Shown: positions 40,601 through 49,485 of the stretch, in pieces
Numbering within the stretch: position 1 is the first letter of the stretch
Layout: the number at the start of each line of letters is the position of its first letter
Assembly: GCA_043827025.1 (NCBI GenBank)
Contig: JBDRPL010000032.1
Location: 1-64,000, forward strand
DNA: 64,000 nt
Source: Candidatus Micrarchaeota archaeon
Lineage (GTDB): Archaea > Micrarchaeota > Micrarchaeia > Anstonellales > Bilamarchaeaceae
Direction of reading: 5' to 3'
Position numbers and translations under genes: made by a program
The notes under the pieces: generated by a model
The model's input: only the letters and a program-made list of their open reading frames with translations
What the model was told of the DNA's origin: nothing
Databases searched by the model: none

Positions 40601-40616
40601 TTGTATAATTGTACAA
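40601..40616. promoter_or_regulatory. Probable ArsR autoregulatory operator
   Basis: Near-palindrome ttgtataattgtacaa between TATA-like tttaaaaa and the ATG at 40619. Confidence 0.4.
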
Positions 40617-40618
40617 CT

Positions 40619-40879
40619 ATGCAAGTGTTCAAGGCGCTTTCGTGCAAAACGAAACTGGAGATGCTGAAGAAGTTGCTTTCAAGCGATGTTTGCTGTAATG
40701 ATGTTGTAAGATGCAGTGGGCTCGACGCTTCGACTGTTTCAAGGCATCTCAGGGACCTGGAGAGGGCAAACCTCATAACTATTGAAAGAAAAGGCAAGAA
40801 TATAAGATGTTCTGTCAAGAATAGGAAATTGGTCAGTATATTACTTGAATATGCGCAAAAAATAGAGGTGTCCAGATGA
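40619..40879 (+). CDS. ArsR/SmtB family transcriptional regulator
   Basis: VFKALS..TKLEML, DVCCND, STVSRHLRDLERANLI. Confidence 0.88.
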   Translation: MQVFKALSCKTKLEMLKKLLSSDVCCNDVVRCSGLDASTVSRHLRDLERANLITIERKGKNIRCSVKNRKLVSILLEYAQKIEVSR

Positions 40880-40914
40880 ATTTCGGGCCAAATAAGATTT
40901 TCGAGGTGTTGGGA

Positions 40915-41154
40915 ATGGGAGACAAAAAAGTGATAGTTTATACGACGAATACATGTCCATATTGTGTTCTGGCAAAGGATTATCTGAAGAAAAAGGGCGT
41001 AGAGTTCCAGGAAATAAATGTTTCCAATGACAGGGAAAAAGCAATGGAAATGATGAAGAAATCCGGCCACAATGGCGTTCCTCAGATTGAGATCAACGGC
41101 CAGATGGTTCTTGGCTTCAATAAACCCAAGATAGACCAGTTGCTTGGACTCTAA
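40915..41154 (+). CDS. Glutaredoxin / NrdH-like redoxin
   Basis: CPYC, GVPQI, VLGFN; gaggtg SD before ATG 40915. Confidence 0.9.
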   Translation: MGDKKVIVYTTNTCPYCVLAKDYLKKKGVEFQEINVSNDREKAMEMMKKSGHNGVPQIEINGQMVLGFNKPKIDQLLGL

Positions 41155-41184
41155 GTTATAAATCTATTTTTCCTATTTCTTTTT

Positions 41185-41565
41185 ATGCTTCAAACTTATA
41201 AGAAAGGCGCACGAGCCGAACGCGAATTGATAGGTCATTTTGACCAGAGAGGCTTTAGCGTAATTCGTGCAGCAGGAAGCGGTGGCAATTCACTTTCGCC
41301 TGATATCCTTATTTTCAAGCATGGTATGCAGTATGCTATCGAATCCAAGGCCCATGAGAAGGAGCATCTTCATCTTGACAAGGATCAGTTCCTTACGATG
41401 AGGAAATGGGAGGAAAATACAGGCATAACCTCACTGATAGGTTGGAAAAGGAACAGGAAGCCATGGTCTTTCTTAAGGCTTTCATTGTTTGAAGAAAATG
41501 AAAAAAGTTTTGCCATTTCATGGAAGACTGCAGAATCCATGGGCATGAGGCTTGATGAATTCTGA
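41185..41565 (+). CDS. hjc: Holliday junction resolvase
   Basis: KGARAERELI, GFSVIRAAGSG, PDIL, AIESK. Confidence 0.93.
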   Translation: MLQTYKKGARAERELIGHFDQRGFSVIRAAGSGGNSLSPDILIFKHGMQYAIESKAHEKEHLHLDKDQFLTMRKWEENTGITSLIGWKRNRKPWSFLRLSLFEENEKSFAISWKTAESMGMRLDEF

Positions 41566-41570
41566 TTGCA

Positions 41571-42191
41571 TTAATATTCCATATAGAAATGGTTGAATGC
41601 AGCAGCACCTATCAGGAGGATTGCACTGATCATGAACAGTATGTTTCCACCCGTCTTCTGTTCATATGGCAATTCGTATTTCAATTTGTTGGTGGATGAA
41701 TCAAATTTCGCATTCTTCGCACCTTCAGGGAGCTTTATTGTGCTTGTGATTATCGTGTTGTAAAGACCTGAATTTCCCGTGGTAGTGAATACGAATGCAT
41801 TTCCTGTTTCTGCCGACAGCGTTATTTTCTGTCCTTCAGGAGAAATCTGTATTTCCCAATAATCCCTTTTGTTTACGGCTATGCCCCTTATCTCATAAGT
41901 TGCAGTGAGGGTGTTTTTCATTTCATCCATCTTTATGTCAAGGTTTTCCATTTGGTTTGGGGTTGATTTAGGTTCAAATACCCTTGCAAATGTGCTTAGA
42001 CTAGAAAATTGCTGCTTGAAGTTTGTGAATGCCGAAGCTGAGAATGTCAACACTTCTTCTACGTTTGCATCTCCATTTGGAAGCAAAGTTACAGTGGATT
42101 TATCACTCACTTCAGATACAGGCATATCCATTTGCGAGAAAGCCAAAGAAACAAATGCAATCAAAAATAAGATCGAATTTATCTTTTTCAT
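41571..42191 (-). CDS. Secreted protein with C-terminal membrane anchor
   Basis: Signal peptide, beta-rich body with IKLPEGA, C-terminal TM. Confidence 0.75.
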   Translation of the reverse strand: MKKINSILFLIAFVSLAFSQMDMPVSEVSDKSTVTLLPNGDANVEEVLTFSASAFTNFKQQFSSLSTFARVFEPKSTPNQMENLDIKMDEMKNTLTATYEIRGIAVNKRDYWEIQISPEGQKITLSAETGNAFVFTTTGNSGLYNTIITSTIKLPEGAKNAKFDSSTNKLKYELPYEQKTGGNILFMISAILLIGAAAFNHFYMEY

Positions 42192-42195
42192 ATTT

Positions 42196-43779
42196 TCATC
42201 CCCCCAGTTTGAATGTGTCTGTTAATTGCATACATGTTGATAATTCATCCATTGCAGTTGGGTAATCGCATAAAATTCCAAATACATAGTTATTTGATGC
42301 AAAATACCATACAATTGTTTCGTATGCCATGCCATCGAGATATCCTTGATAAAGAACTGCCTGTGCAGAAACTCCTGAAACAGCTACCTGTTGTTCTTCG
42401 ACTTTATAAAATCCGCCCATGTTCAGGATGTTTTCCGTATCTTTCCTTGCCTGCGAAACAGTCTTTCCCTGCGCCCAGACTATTATGTATTCCACTTGGT
42501 CAGTTGGATTGGAGTAAAAATCAACTTCATTTGCACTAGTTTGGTCATATGTCCATCCTTGTGGAGGAATTATGGACCATAATGGGTCTGATTGATGGAC
42601 AAACCTTTGTCCCTTTAGCGTTCCAGTGTTTCCTGGATCCGAAGTAACCCGGCCCTCCTTTATCCCCCATTTATCTAATATGTCTGTCGGAAGTGTTTCT
42701 AATTCGGGAGGTGTCACACCTGCTGCCTGAAGGGCTTGCACATCTATGATGATATATGGCCCTGTCTGTGCTTGCTGATATGACTGTTCTCCTCCAGCTA
42801 CAGCTTCTTCAAATGATGCCTGGCTATTTAGCATTGTGGATTCTATAGGTATCCATATTCCACTTGGAAGCTGGATTACAGGGAACGCGTGTCCTGGCAT
42901 GAGGATTATATATGCCTTGAGCCCTTGTGCAATTGCCAAACTTGAAAAGAAGATCGCAGTATCTATACACGTTCCTGCCTTGTCCCTTATCACATCTCTA
43001 GGGTATTTCAGGTATTGCGACATTTTTCCTGTCCAGAATGCTGCTGGTTCTGTTTTATATTGGATGTTGTTGAGAACTGAGATATCCCACATTCCCCGAA
43101 GGCTTGCAATTGCGCCTTCATCAGAAAGTGATGCTCCTGCTCCCCCTGCAAGTTTGTTTCCAAGGTCTGCATATTCTCGTACTACGGGATCAGTTGGAGT
43201 CACCCAGGCCGCTATCAGGGGATAATTGTCAAAATTGTCATAAAATGTGCCAGTGTTTTTTTCTGGAGAGATGCTTGTGAAGATGAAATCATTTGCACCA
43301 AGTAGCATTATCGACTTGCCTTCAGTTATCTCCTTTTCAGGATCATCTGGTTTTTCCGAATAAGTTATCTTGAAATTAATCTTTGATGTTTTAGATGTGG
43401 TGAGTTTTGTTATGTCGCCAGATATCAAAGGGTAATAAAGGTCAACAACAGTGCTGTTTGGAAGTAGTATCGAGTATTCCTTTCCTTCGCTCCAGTCGCT
43501 GTATTCCTCAAGCTTATATTCCACCCTTACGTTATAGAGTGGTGCGCTTCCGGAGTTCTTTATTATCATTTTCGCAGCCCAGAAACCGAGTTTTTCGTTA
43601 CCGTATATTTTGTACGTTGCACTTGTAATGTGCTGGGGCATCAAAATTGTATGATCTATTTTCCCCTTTCCTTCAATGGGTGCAGTGAAAAACATCCATA
43701 AACAATATATTCCTGCAATTATGAGTATTGCGCTTATTACTTCCTTGACAGGCACTTTAGACAAAACCAATATTACCAC
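42196..43779 (-). CDS. Membrane-anchored transglutaminase-like protein with PsbP-like C-terminus
   Basis: GTCID Cys, PGHA His, WIPIEST; C-terminal WSIIPPQGW..VSGVSA. Confidence 0.72.
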   Translation of the reverse strand: MVILVLSKVPVKEVISAILIIAGIYCLWMFFTAPIEGKGKIDHTILMPQHITSATYKIYGNEKLGFWAAKMIIKNSGSAPLYNVRVEYKLEEYSDWSEGKEYSILLPNSTVVDLYYPLISGDITKLTTSKTSKINFKITYSEKPDDPEKEITEGKSIMLLGANDFIFTSISPEKNTGTFYDNFDNYPLIAAWVTPTDPVVREYADLGNKLAGGAGASLSDEGAIASLRGMWDISVLNNIQYKTEPAAFWTGKMSQYLKYPRDVIRDKAGTCIDTAIFFSSLAIAQGLKAYIILMPGHAFPVIQLPSGIWIPIESTMLNSQASFEEAVAGGEQSYQQAQTGPYIIIDVQALQAAGVTPPELETLPTDILDKWGIKEGRVTSDPGNTGTLKGQRFVHQSDPLWSIIPPQGWTYDQTSANEVDFYSNPTDQVEYIIVWAQGKTVSQARKDTENILNMGGFYKVEEQQVAVSGVSAQAVLYQGYLDGMAYETIVWYFASNNYVFGILCDYPTAMDELSTCMQLTDTFKLGG

Positions 43780-43817
43780 CTAATCAATATTATACTATTG
43801 ACTTCGGAATCACTATT

Positions 43818-44798
43818 TTAATGCTTTCCTATTGTTGTTTTCATTTTATCTATTCTGTAATTAGTGTCCATCTTCCATTCTCCAATCTTTTTCGTGCCAT
43901 ATTTTTTGTATAAGAATTCTCCTGCAAATGCTATCATTCCGCCGTTGTCTCTGTTGAATTCATCTGGAGCAACTCCGAACGCAATACCATCTTCTTTGCA
44001 CATCATAGCCAGCATTTTCTGCAGCCGTCTGTTTTGTGCAACTCCTCCGCATAACACTAGTTTCTTCTTTTTTGTCAGGAATAATGCCCTTTCAGTTGCC
44101 TCGCAGGTCATTGCAAAAGAGGTTTCCATTAGCGAATAAGCCAAGTCTTCGCGTGACACTCCTTGTTTGTAGAGCTTTTCAGACTGTGTCAGCAACCCTG
44201 AAAAAACCAGGTTCATGCCTTTTACAGTGTATGGTAGCTCTACATACCTGCCTTTCTGCGCCAATTGCTCTATAACTGAACCATGGGCATATTCTAACCC
44301 TATGGCCCGTCCAAAAGCATCAAACAGATTCCCGATCCCAACATCAAGCGTTTCTCCTATCACATGAGGAAAACTTTTTTCGTATTTTATTATTTGGGTG
44401 TTGCCTCCGCTTAGATATAGAAACAGAGGATCATTCAATCCAGTAAGGTGTTCGCTTATTTTCAGGTGTGCATAGCAATGGTTCACTCCAATTAATTTCT
44501 TGTTGAAAAGATGAGCCAGGTACTTCGCCCCGGTAGTTCCTACTGCCAGTGGCGCTCCTATGCCAGGCCCTTGTGCAAATGCAATCACGTCCACATCCAG
44601 CATCCTTATTTTTGCATGTTCAAGATTTTTCCTGAGCACTTCTGCAAAAAGCTCTGCATGGTGGTCAGCTGCCTTGCCAGGTATTATTCCTTCGTTTTTT
44701 GGCTTGTACATATCATGGATGTTGGAAAGCATTTTTCCATTTTTAACAATCCCAATGCCAAGCGTGTGGCAGGTGGATTCTATTCCAAGGGTTATCAT
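43818..44798 (-). CDS. kae1: tRNA t6A threonylcarbamoyltransferase Kae1
   Basis: LGIESTCH, GPG, VNHCYAH, SGGNT, GGVAQN, DNGGMIA. Confidence 0.95.
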   Translation of the reverse strand: MITLGIESTCHTLGIGIVKNGKMLSNIHDMYKPKNEGIIPGKAADHHAELFAEVLRKNLEHAKIRMLDVDVIAFAQGPGIGAPLAVGTTGAKYLAHLFNKKLIGVNHCYAHLKISEHLTGLNDPLFLYLSGGNTQIIKYEKSFPHVIGETLDVGIGNLFDAFGRAIGLEYAHGSVIEQLAQKGRYVELPYTVKGMNLVFSGLLTQSEKLYKQGVSREDLAYSLMETSFAMTCEATERALFLTKKKKLVLCGGVAQNRRLQKMLAMMCKEDGIAFGVAPDEFNRDNGGMIAFAGEFLYKKYGTKKIGEWKMDTNYRIDKMKTTIGKH

Positions 44799-44806
44799 TT
44801 CAACAC

Positions 44807-45430
44807 CTATCCTACAAATGTCTTCACTGCATATATAGAAATTAGATTATATATAAAATGTATCATCACGCATGGAACTATGCTTTTTGATCTGTAATAT
44901 ATTGATGCAAGCACTATCCCAATGACAAACGTGCCTGCGAATTCATATAACGAGCCGTAGGATATGTGGACTATAGAAAAAAGTATGGAGGAAAATAATA
45001 TGCCAGAATACGGTAAACCCTTGATGATAAGCCTTTTGGACAAATATGCCCTGAACAATAATTCTTCTGAAATTGGCGCTAGGATTATTGCAAGCAAAAG
45101 CACGTACAATGGAAGTTGGTCGATTGTTTCGACTATCTTGTTTTGATCGTTTATTCCGAAAGAATTCAGCGAAAGATAGATGAGTATCGAAAGAAAGTAT
45201 ATCGAGAGCAGCCCGATTATTGTATATTTCGTGTTGTTCCAAAAATCTCCAACACCCATCCTTTTCACAGTTTCCTTGAAATCCTTTTTCCAAAGTAGGT
45301 AAAGGCTTCCTGAGACCATCACCAGTTCTAGGAAGATAGTGCTAAGAAGGCTGTGTGCCAGTACCAATATCACGAAAAGAATAAGAAAAATTATTGAGAT
45401 TATCTTAAGATTTTTTTTCAAAGTATCCAC
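44807..45430 (-). CDS. CPBP (Abi/CAAX) family intramembrane metalloprotease
   Basis: [20 protein letters not shown]; start uncertain because the 5' extension of the ORF overlaps eS31. Confidence 0.85.
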   Translation of the reverse strand: MDTLKKNLKIISIIFLILFVILVLAHSLLSTIFLELVMVSGSLYLLWKKDFKETVKRMGVGDFWNNTKYTIIGLLSIYFLSILIYLSLNSFGINDQNKIVETIDQLPLYVLLLAIILAPISEELLFRAYLSKRLIIKGLPYSGILFSSILFSIVHISYGSLYEFAGTFVIGIVLASIYYRSKSIVPCVMIHFIYNLISIYAVKTFVG

Positions 45431-45584
45431 ATTTTCCACAGGATTTTCTGTCCTTGTGGTCTGCAAGCTTAACGCCAGCTCCGCATTTAGGGCAGTCTTT
45501 CTTTCCCTTGACATATGGCTTTGTTACTTTGCCTTTCTTTTTTGCAACTGCTTTTGGTTTTTCCTTGTCTTTTTTCTCTGCCAT
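45405..45584 (-). CDS. rps27ae: 30S ribosomal protein S27ae (eS31), absent from the ORF track
   Basis: Hand translation [59 protein letters not shown] (59 aa), directly downstream of eS24. Confidence 0.93.
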   Translation of the reverse strand: MAEKKDKEKPKAVAKKKGKVTKPYVKGKKDCPKCGAGVKLADHKDRKSCGKCGYFEKKS

Positions 45585-45594
45585 TCATTCACCT

Positions 45595-45927
45595 TTATTT
45601 TTTCTTCGGAGCTGCGGCCTTAGCTGCCTTGACCTTCTTGACCCTCTGCGCCCTTGGGACGTCTCTTGTGATGATATATTCCGGCTCCATTTTTTTCATA
45701 CCTTCTGCATCCTTGTATAGGTGAAGCGTAACTGAGATTCGTTTCCTTCCAAATTCATTTTTCGTTTTCCTGAGGACTGCAAAATCAGTGTTTGCACCTA
45801 ATTTTCCGCACACGAGTTCTTTTATTTGAATCCTGTTCGGAGTTGCTGCATCAAATGTGATTGTAGCTTCAACTTCTTTCCTATTGAGTAACTTGTTTTC
45901 TTTTTCAGATTCTATATTCAGTTCCAT
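45595..45927 (-). CDS. rps24e: 30S ribosomal protein S24e
   Basis: ENKLLNRKEV, ATPNR, EFGR, EPEYI. Confidence 0.92.
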   Translation of the reverse strand: MELNIESEKENKLLNRKEVEATITFDAATPNRIQIKELVCGKLGANTDFAVLRKTKNEFGRKRISVTLHLYKDAEGMKKMEPEYIITRDVPRAQRVKKVKAAKAAAPKKK

Positions 45928-45944
45928 ATATCCACCGTTTAGTA

Positions 45945-46343
45945 TCATCTTATTCTTTCTATCTTTCTTCGCCCCATTGATTCAAGTACGTCTGCTTCTT
46001 TTCCAGGGGCCACTTGGTCCATAAGTTCTTCAGGTACATCAAGATCGTACATTTCATAGGTTTGTGAATCCATGACCTTGATAGTCTTTCCTTCGACAGA
46101 CATTATCTGGACTGATTTCCTGTCAATTATTGGAATTTCAATTGTAGCGTCTCCAGGAGTAAGGATGACTTTTTTCTGGCCGTCGAAAATGCCTATTGCA
46201 GTTATTCTTAGTTTTGCTCCGCCGTGTTTTCCTGATTTGGATTTGTCTATATTAACTATTTTGCATGGCACTCCATCTGCCAGCATGTACTTTCCATCTT
46301 TCAGGTCTTTTGCATCTCCTAGGGTTTTTTCATTACTCATCAT
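45945..46343 (-). CDS. eif5a: Translation factor aIF5A
   Basis: Hypusine loop KSGKHGGAK. Confidence 0.95.
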   Translation of the reverse strand: MMSNEKTLGDAKDLKDGKYMLADGVPCKIVNIDKSKSGKHGGAKLRITAIGIFDGQKKVILTPGDATIEIPIIDRKSVQIMSVEGKTIKVMDSQTYEMYDLDVPEELMDQVAPGKEADVLESMGRRKIERIR

Positions 46344-46488
46344 ATACCACCATTTGAGGTTTAAATTTTCAAAAAGATAGAACTTTTATGGAACATTAGC
46401 TTTTTTAATATAGCAGATACGCTTTTCGCCGTATAGATATCATTAGGCTAGCACTATTTTTTAAATAGGATACGATTAACTTTTAATT

Positions 46489-47022
46489 ATGCATTTGATT
46501 GTAGCAATAACTGGTGCATCAGGCATAGCCTATGGCACAAGGCTTGTGGAGGCTTTGAAGAAGCTGAAAGCTAGCCATTCGGTGATAATCAGCGAAGGTG
46601 CCAGAAAAGTTGCTGAAGCCGAAGGCCAGAAACTGCCCAAATCCGATTATAGTGAAAAAGAGATTGGCGCTCCGTCTGCCTCAGGTTCGCACAAGGTAGA
46701 TGGGATGATAATCTGCCCCTGTTCGCTAAAGACTCTTGGCGAGATAGCTAACGGAGTAGGAGAGAATCTTGTCACAAGGTCTGCTGAAGTCATGCTAAAG
46801 GAAAGAAGAAAATTGGTTTTAGTTGTGCGTGAGACTCCTCTTTCATACATTGCCATAAAGAATATGGAAACAGTTACAGTTGCAGGTGCAGTAATTCTGC
46901 CAGCATCCCCTGGTTTCTATCATAATCCAAAATCCATCAACGATCTATTGGATTTCGTTGTTGGAAAGACATTGGACCAGTTTGGGATTGAACACGCTCT
47001 ATTTAAAAGATGGAAGTCGTAA
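46489..47022 (+). CDS. ubiX: Flavin prenyltransferase
   Basis: ITGASG, ASGS, PCSLKTL, LKERRKLVLVVRETP, PGFYH. Confidence 0.95.
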   Translation: MHLIVAITGASGIAYGTRLVEALKKLKASHSVIISEGARKVAEAEGQKLPKSDYSEKEIGAPSASGSHKVDGMIICPCSLKTLGEIANGVGENLVTRSAEVMLKERRKLVLVVRETPLSYIAIKNMETVTVAGAVILPASPGFYHNPKSINDLLDFVVGKTLDQFGIEHALFKRWKS

Positions 47023-47031
47023 GGTGTTTTT

Positions 47032-47289
47032 ATGATGCCATTACCCCCGATAATTTATAGGAAACTCAAATGCCAGAAATGCAAGAAGTTTGTCGAATTC
47101 ATAGGGAATACTCCTGATGTTCCGGATCTGCCTCCAAGAGAAACTATCATTCCACCAGAGCTTGTCCTTTATATGAAAGGTATAGAGAAACGTGGATCGA
47201 TTCCGTACTTTTGTGCCCTTCCTCCAAAAAGTTGGCCAAAAGGATGGAAGCCTTTTTGTCCTAAATGCGGGTCTGAACTTGAATATTAA
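47032..47289 (+). CDS. Small Zn-ribbon protein
   Basis: CQKC...CPKC. Confidence 0.65.
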   Translation: MMPLPPIIYRKLKCQKCKKFVEFIGNTPDVPDLPPRETIIPPELVLYMKGIEKRGSIPYFCALPPKSWPKGWKPFCPKCGSELEY

Positions 47290-47299
47290 TAAATAAGTT

Positions 47300-47506
47300 A
47301 TGGGGTTATTTATGTCAAAACTTTTCTGTCCGAAGTGCAAGAAAGGGGTTGTTCTACTTGGCGGAGATGTAGTTGACGAAAGAACTGAGGAGCTTATGCA
47401 AAAAATAAAGGATGAAGGGAATATTCCAATGATGAAAGGTTATCCTCCAGTTGGCTACAAATTATTATGTCCCGTTTGCCAGACGGTGCTTCAGAAAAAA
47501 AGGTGA
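47300..47506 (+). CDS. Small Zn-ribbon protein, paralog of the upstream gene
   Basis: CPKC...CPVC. Confidence 0.65.
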   Translation: MGLFMSKLFCPKCKKGVVLLGGDVVDERTEELMQKIKDEGNIPMMKGYPPVGYKLLCPVCQTVLQKKR

Positions 47507-47510
47507 AAAA

Positions 47511-48806
47511 ATGATTTCGTTTCGTGAATTTGTTGAAAAAATTAAGAAGAATGGAAAATTGGTTGAATTGAAGAAGCCAATCTCAAAGTATCTTGACCTT
47601 GCCGGGATTTTGAGCCAGCTGGATGGCAAGCCTGTAATTGGCGAGGCGAAAGAAGGAGGCAGGTTCGCAGGTAATGTCTTTTCCACAAAGGAATTGGTTG
47701 CTGAATGCCTTGGCGTTTCAGTAAGCGAACTCATCCCTAAACTGACGAATGCAATCAACAATCCAACAAAACCCAAGACTGTAGACGCTAAGAACGCGCC
47801 TGTTCTTGAAGTCGAAGAAAAGAACGTTGATCTTTCAAAACTACCCATTCCATTCCATGCTGAAAAAGACGGCGGGCCTTATTTTTCTTCGGCTGTAATC
47901 ATTGCAAATGATTCCCAATACGGCAGAAACTGTTCATTTCATCGAATGATGGTGATTGGCAAAGACGAATTGGTGATGCGAATACTTCCAAGGCATCTTA
48001 ATGAATTCATAAAGCGCGCTGGCGGAGAGCTTGATGTTGCGTTTGTCCTTGGCGCTCCAATAAATGTCCTTCTTTCAGGCGCAATCTCAGTTGATCTTGG
48101 AAAGGATGAATTGACCATTGCCAATAGTTTGATGCCTGTGAACACTGTCAAACTAAGTAATGGTATTGAAGTTCCTGCAGATGCGGAATTTGCATTCGAA
48201 GGAAAAATCACAAAGGAAATGGTTGATGAAGGTCCGTTCATAGATCTTACTGAAACATATGACATTGTAAGGAAACAGCCGGTGATGAAAGTCACTAGGG
48301 TTTATCATAGAAAAGATCCAATCTGGCACGTTCTTCTGCCTGGTGGTCTGGAGCACAAGATATTGATGGGAATGCCAAGAGAGCCAACCATCTTCAATGA
48401 AGTCAATAAGGTTTGTGAGTGCAAGGGCGTCAATATAACTCCGGGAGGTTGCTCATGGCTTCATGCCGTGGTTGCAATAAGGAAAAAGAAGGAAGATGAT
48501 GGCAAGAAGGCAATTGAAGCTGCATTCAAAGGTCACAAGTCATTGAAGCACGTTGTAATTGTTGATGAAGATATTGACATCTACAATCCAATGAGTGTTG
48601 AATGGGCAATTGCAACAAGGGTTCAGGCAGACAAAAGCATAGTGATAAAGCAGAATGAGAAAGGTTCTTCTCTTGACCCCTCGGCAGACCCGAACACATT
48701 GGCAACAACAAAGATGGGTGTTGATGCCACAAAGCCACTAGTCGCTCATGGGAAAAACTTTGAGATGGCAGACTACAAGAAGATGGATGTGAAGAAATAT
48801 CTCTAA
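47511..48806 (+). CDS. ubiD: UbiD-family decarboxylase, probable trans-anhydromevalonate phosphate decarboxylase
   Basis: DGGPY, NCSFHR, EGPF, VDEDID, VEWAIATR, SLDPS, KMGVDAT; clustered with ubiX and acnX. Confidence 0.9.
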   Translation: MISFREFVEKIKKNGKLVELKKPISKYLDLAGILSQLDGKPVIGEAKEGGRFAGNVFSTKELVAECLGVSVSELIPKLTNAINNPTKPKTVDAKNAPVLEVEEKNVDLSKLPIPFHAEKDGGPYFSSAVIIANDSQYGRNCSFHRMMVIGKDELVMRILPRHLNEFIKRAGGELDVAFVLGAPINVLLSGAISVDLGKDELTIANSLMPVNTVKLSNGIEVPADAEFAFEGKITKEMVDEGPFIDLTETYDIVRKQPVMKVTRVYHRKDPIWHVLLPGGLEHKILMGMPREPTIFNEVNKVCECKGVNITPGGCSWLHAVVAIRKKKEDDGKKAIEAAFKGHKSLKHVVIVDEDIDIYNPMSVEWAIATRVQADKSIVIKQNEKGSSLDPSADPNTLATTKMGVDATKPLVAHGKNFEMADYKKMDVKKYL

Positions 48807-48861
48807 TACGCACTTTGCCATGCGTGCGAATACTTTTATATTCTATAGTTGAATCTTTACC

Positions 48862-49446
48862 ATGAAAAAATTACTGTTAGTTGTTTTTCTGCTGTTTGTT
48901 TTTGGTTGCACAAGCATGACTCCGGATGCGAGCACAAATGCAAGTGCGAAGACCCAGGCAAATGCAGCGGATGGAAGTGTTGCTATGACAAAAAACATTG
49001 TTGAAAAAGGAGATATGGTCTCAGTGGATTATGTAGGAACTCTAAGTGATGGGACTGTATTTGACACAAGCCTTAGGGATGTTGCTCAAAACGCAGGCCT
49101 TGAGCTGAGACCGAGCTACCAGCCATTGTCATTTAGCGTAGGCGCAGGCCAGATGATTCCAGGTTTTGATAATGGGGTAGTTGGTATGAAAGAAGGCGAA
49201 GAAAAAACCATTTTCATAAATGCAAAGGATGCCTATGGGGAATCCACTCCTGACAATATCGTTCAAGTTCCGGTCGATGCAATTGATGGTACACCTACCG
49301 TAGGGCAGATATTGCAGGCAAACAATGGTGCAATGGGTGTTGTAACCTCTGTAACTAGTGATAGGATTACAGTTGATTTCAACCATCCGTTGGCAGGAAA
49401 GGATTTAACCTTTAAAGTAACAGTAAGAAGCATAAAAAAGAAGTAA
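48862..49446 (+). CDS. FKBP-type peptidyl-prolyl isomerase (lipoprotein)
   Basis: Lipobox VFGC; DYVGTL.DG.VFDTS, GAGQMIPGF, DFNHPLAGK. Confidence 0.9.
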   Translation: MKKLLLVVFLLFVFGCTSMTPDASTNASAKTQANAADGSVAMTKNIVEKGDMVSVDYVGTLSDGTVFDTSLRDVAQNAGLELRPSYQPLSFSVGAGQMIPGFDNGVVGMKEGEEKTIFINAKDAYGESTPDNIVQVPVDAIDGTPTVGQILQANNGAMGVVTSVTSDRITVDFNHPLAGKDLTFKVTVRSIKKK

Positions 49447-49485
49447 AATTGATTGGTTATCGAATTAGATGGTTGAGTTGGTCGA

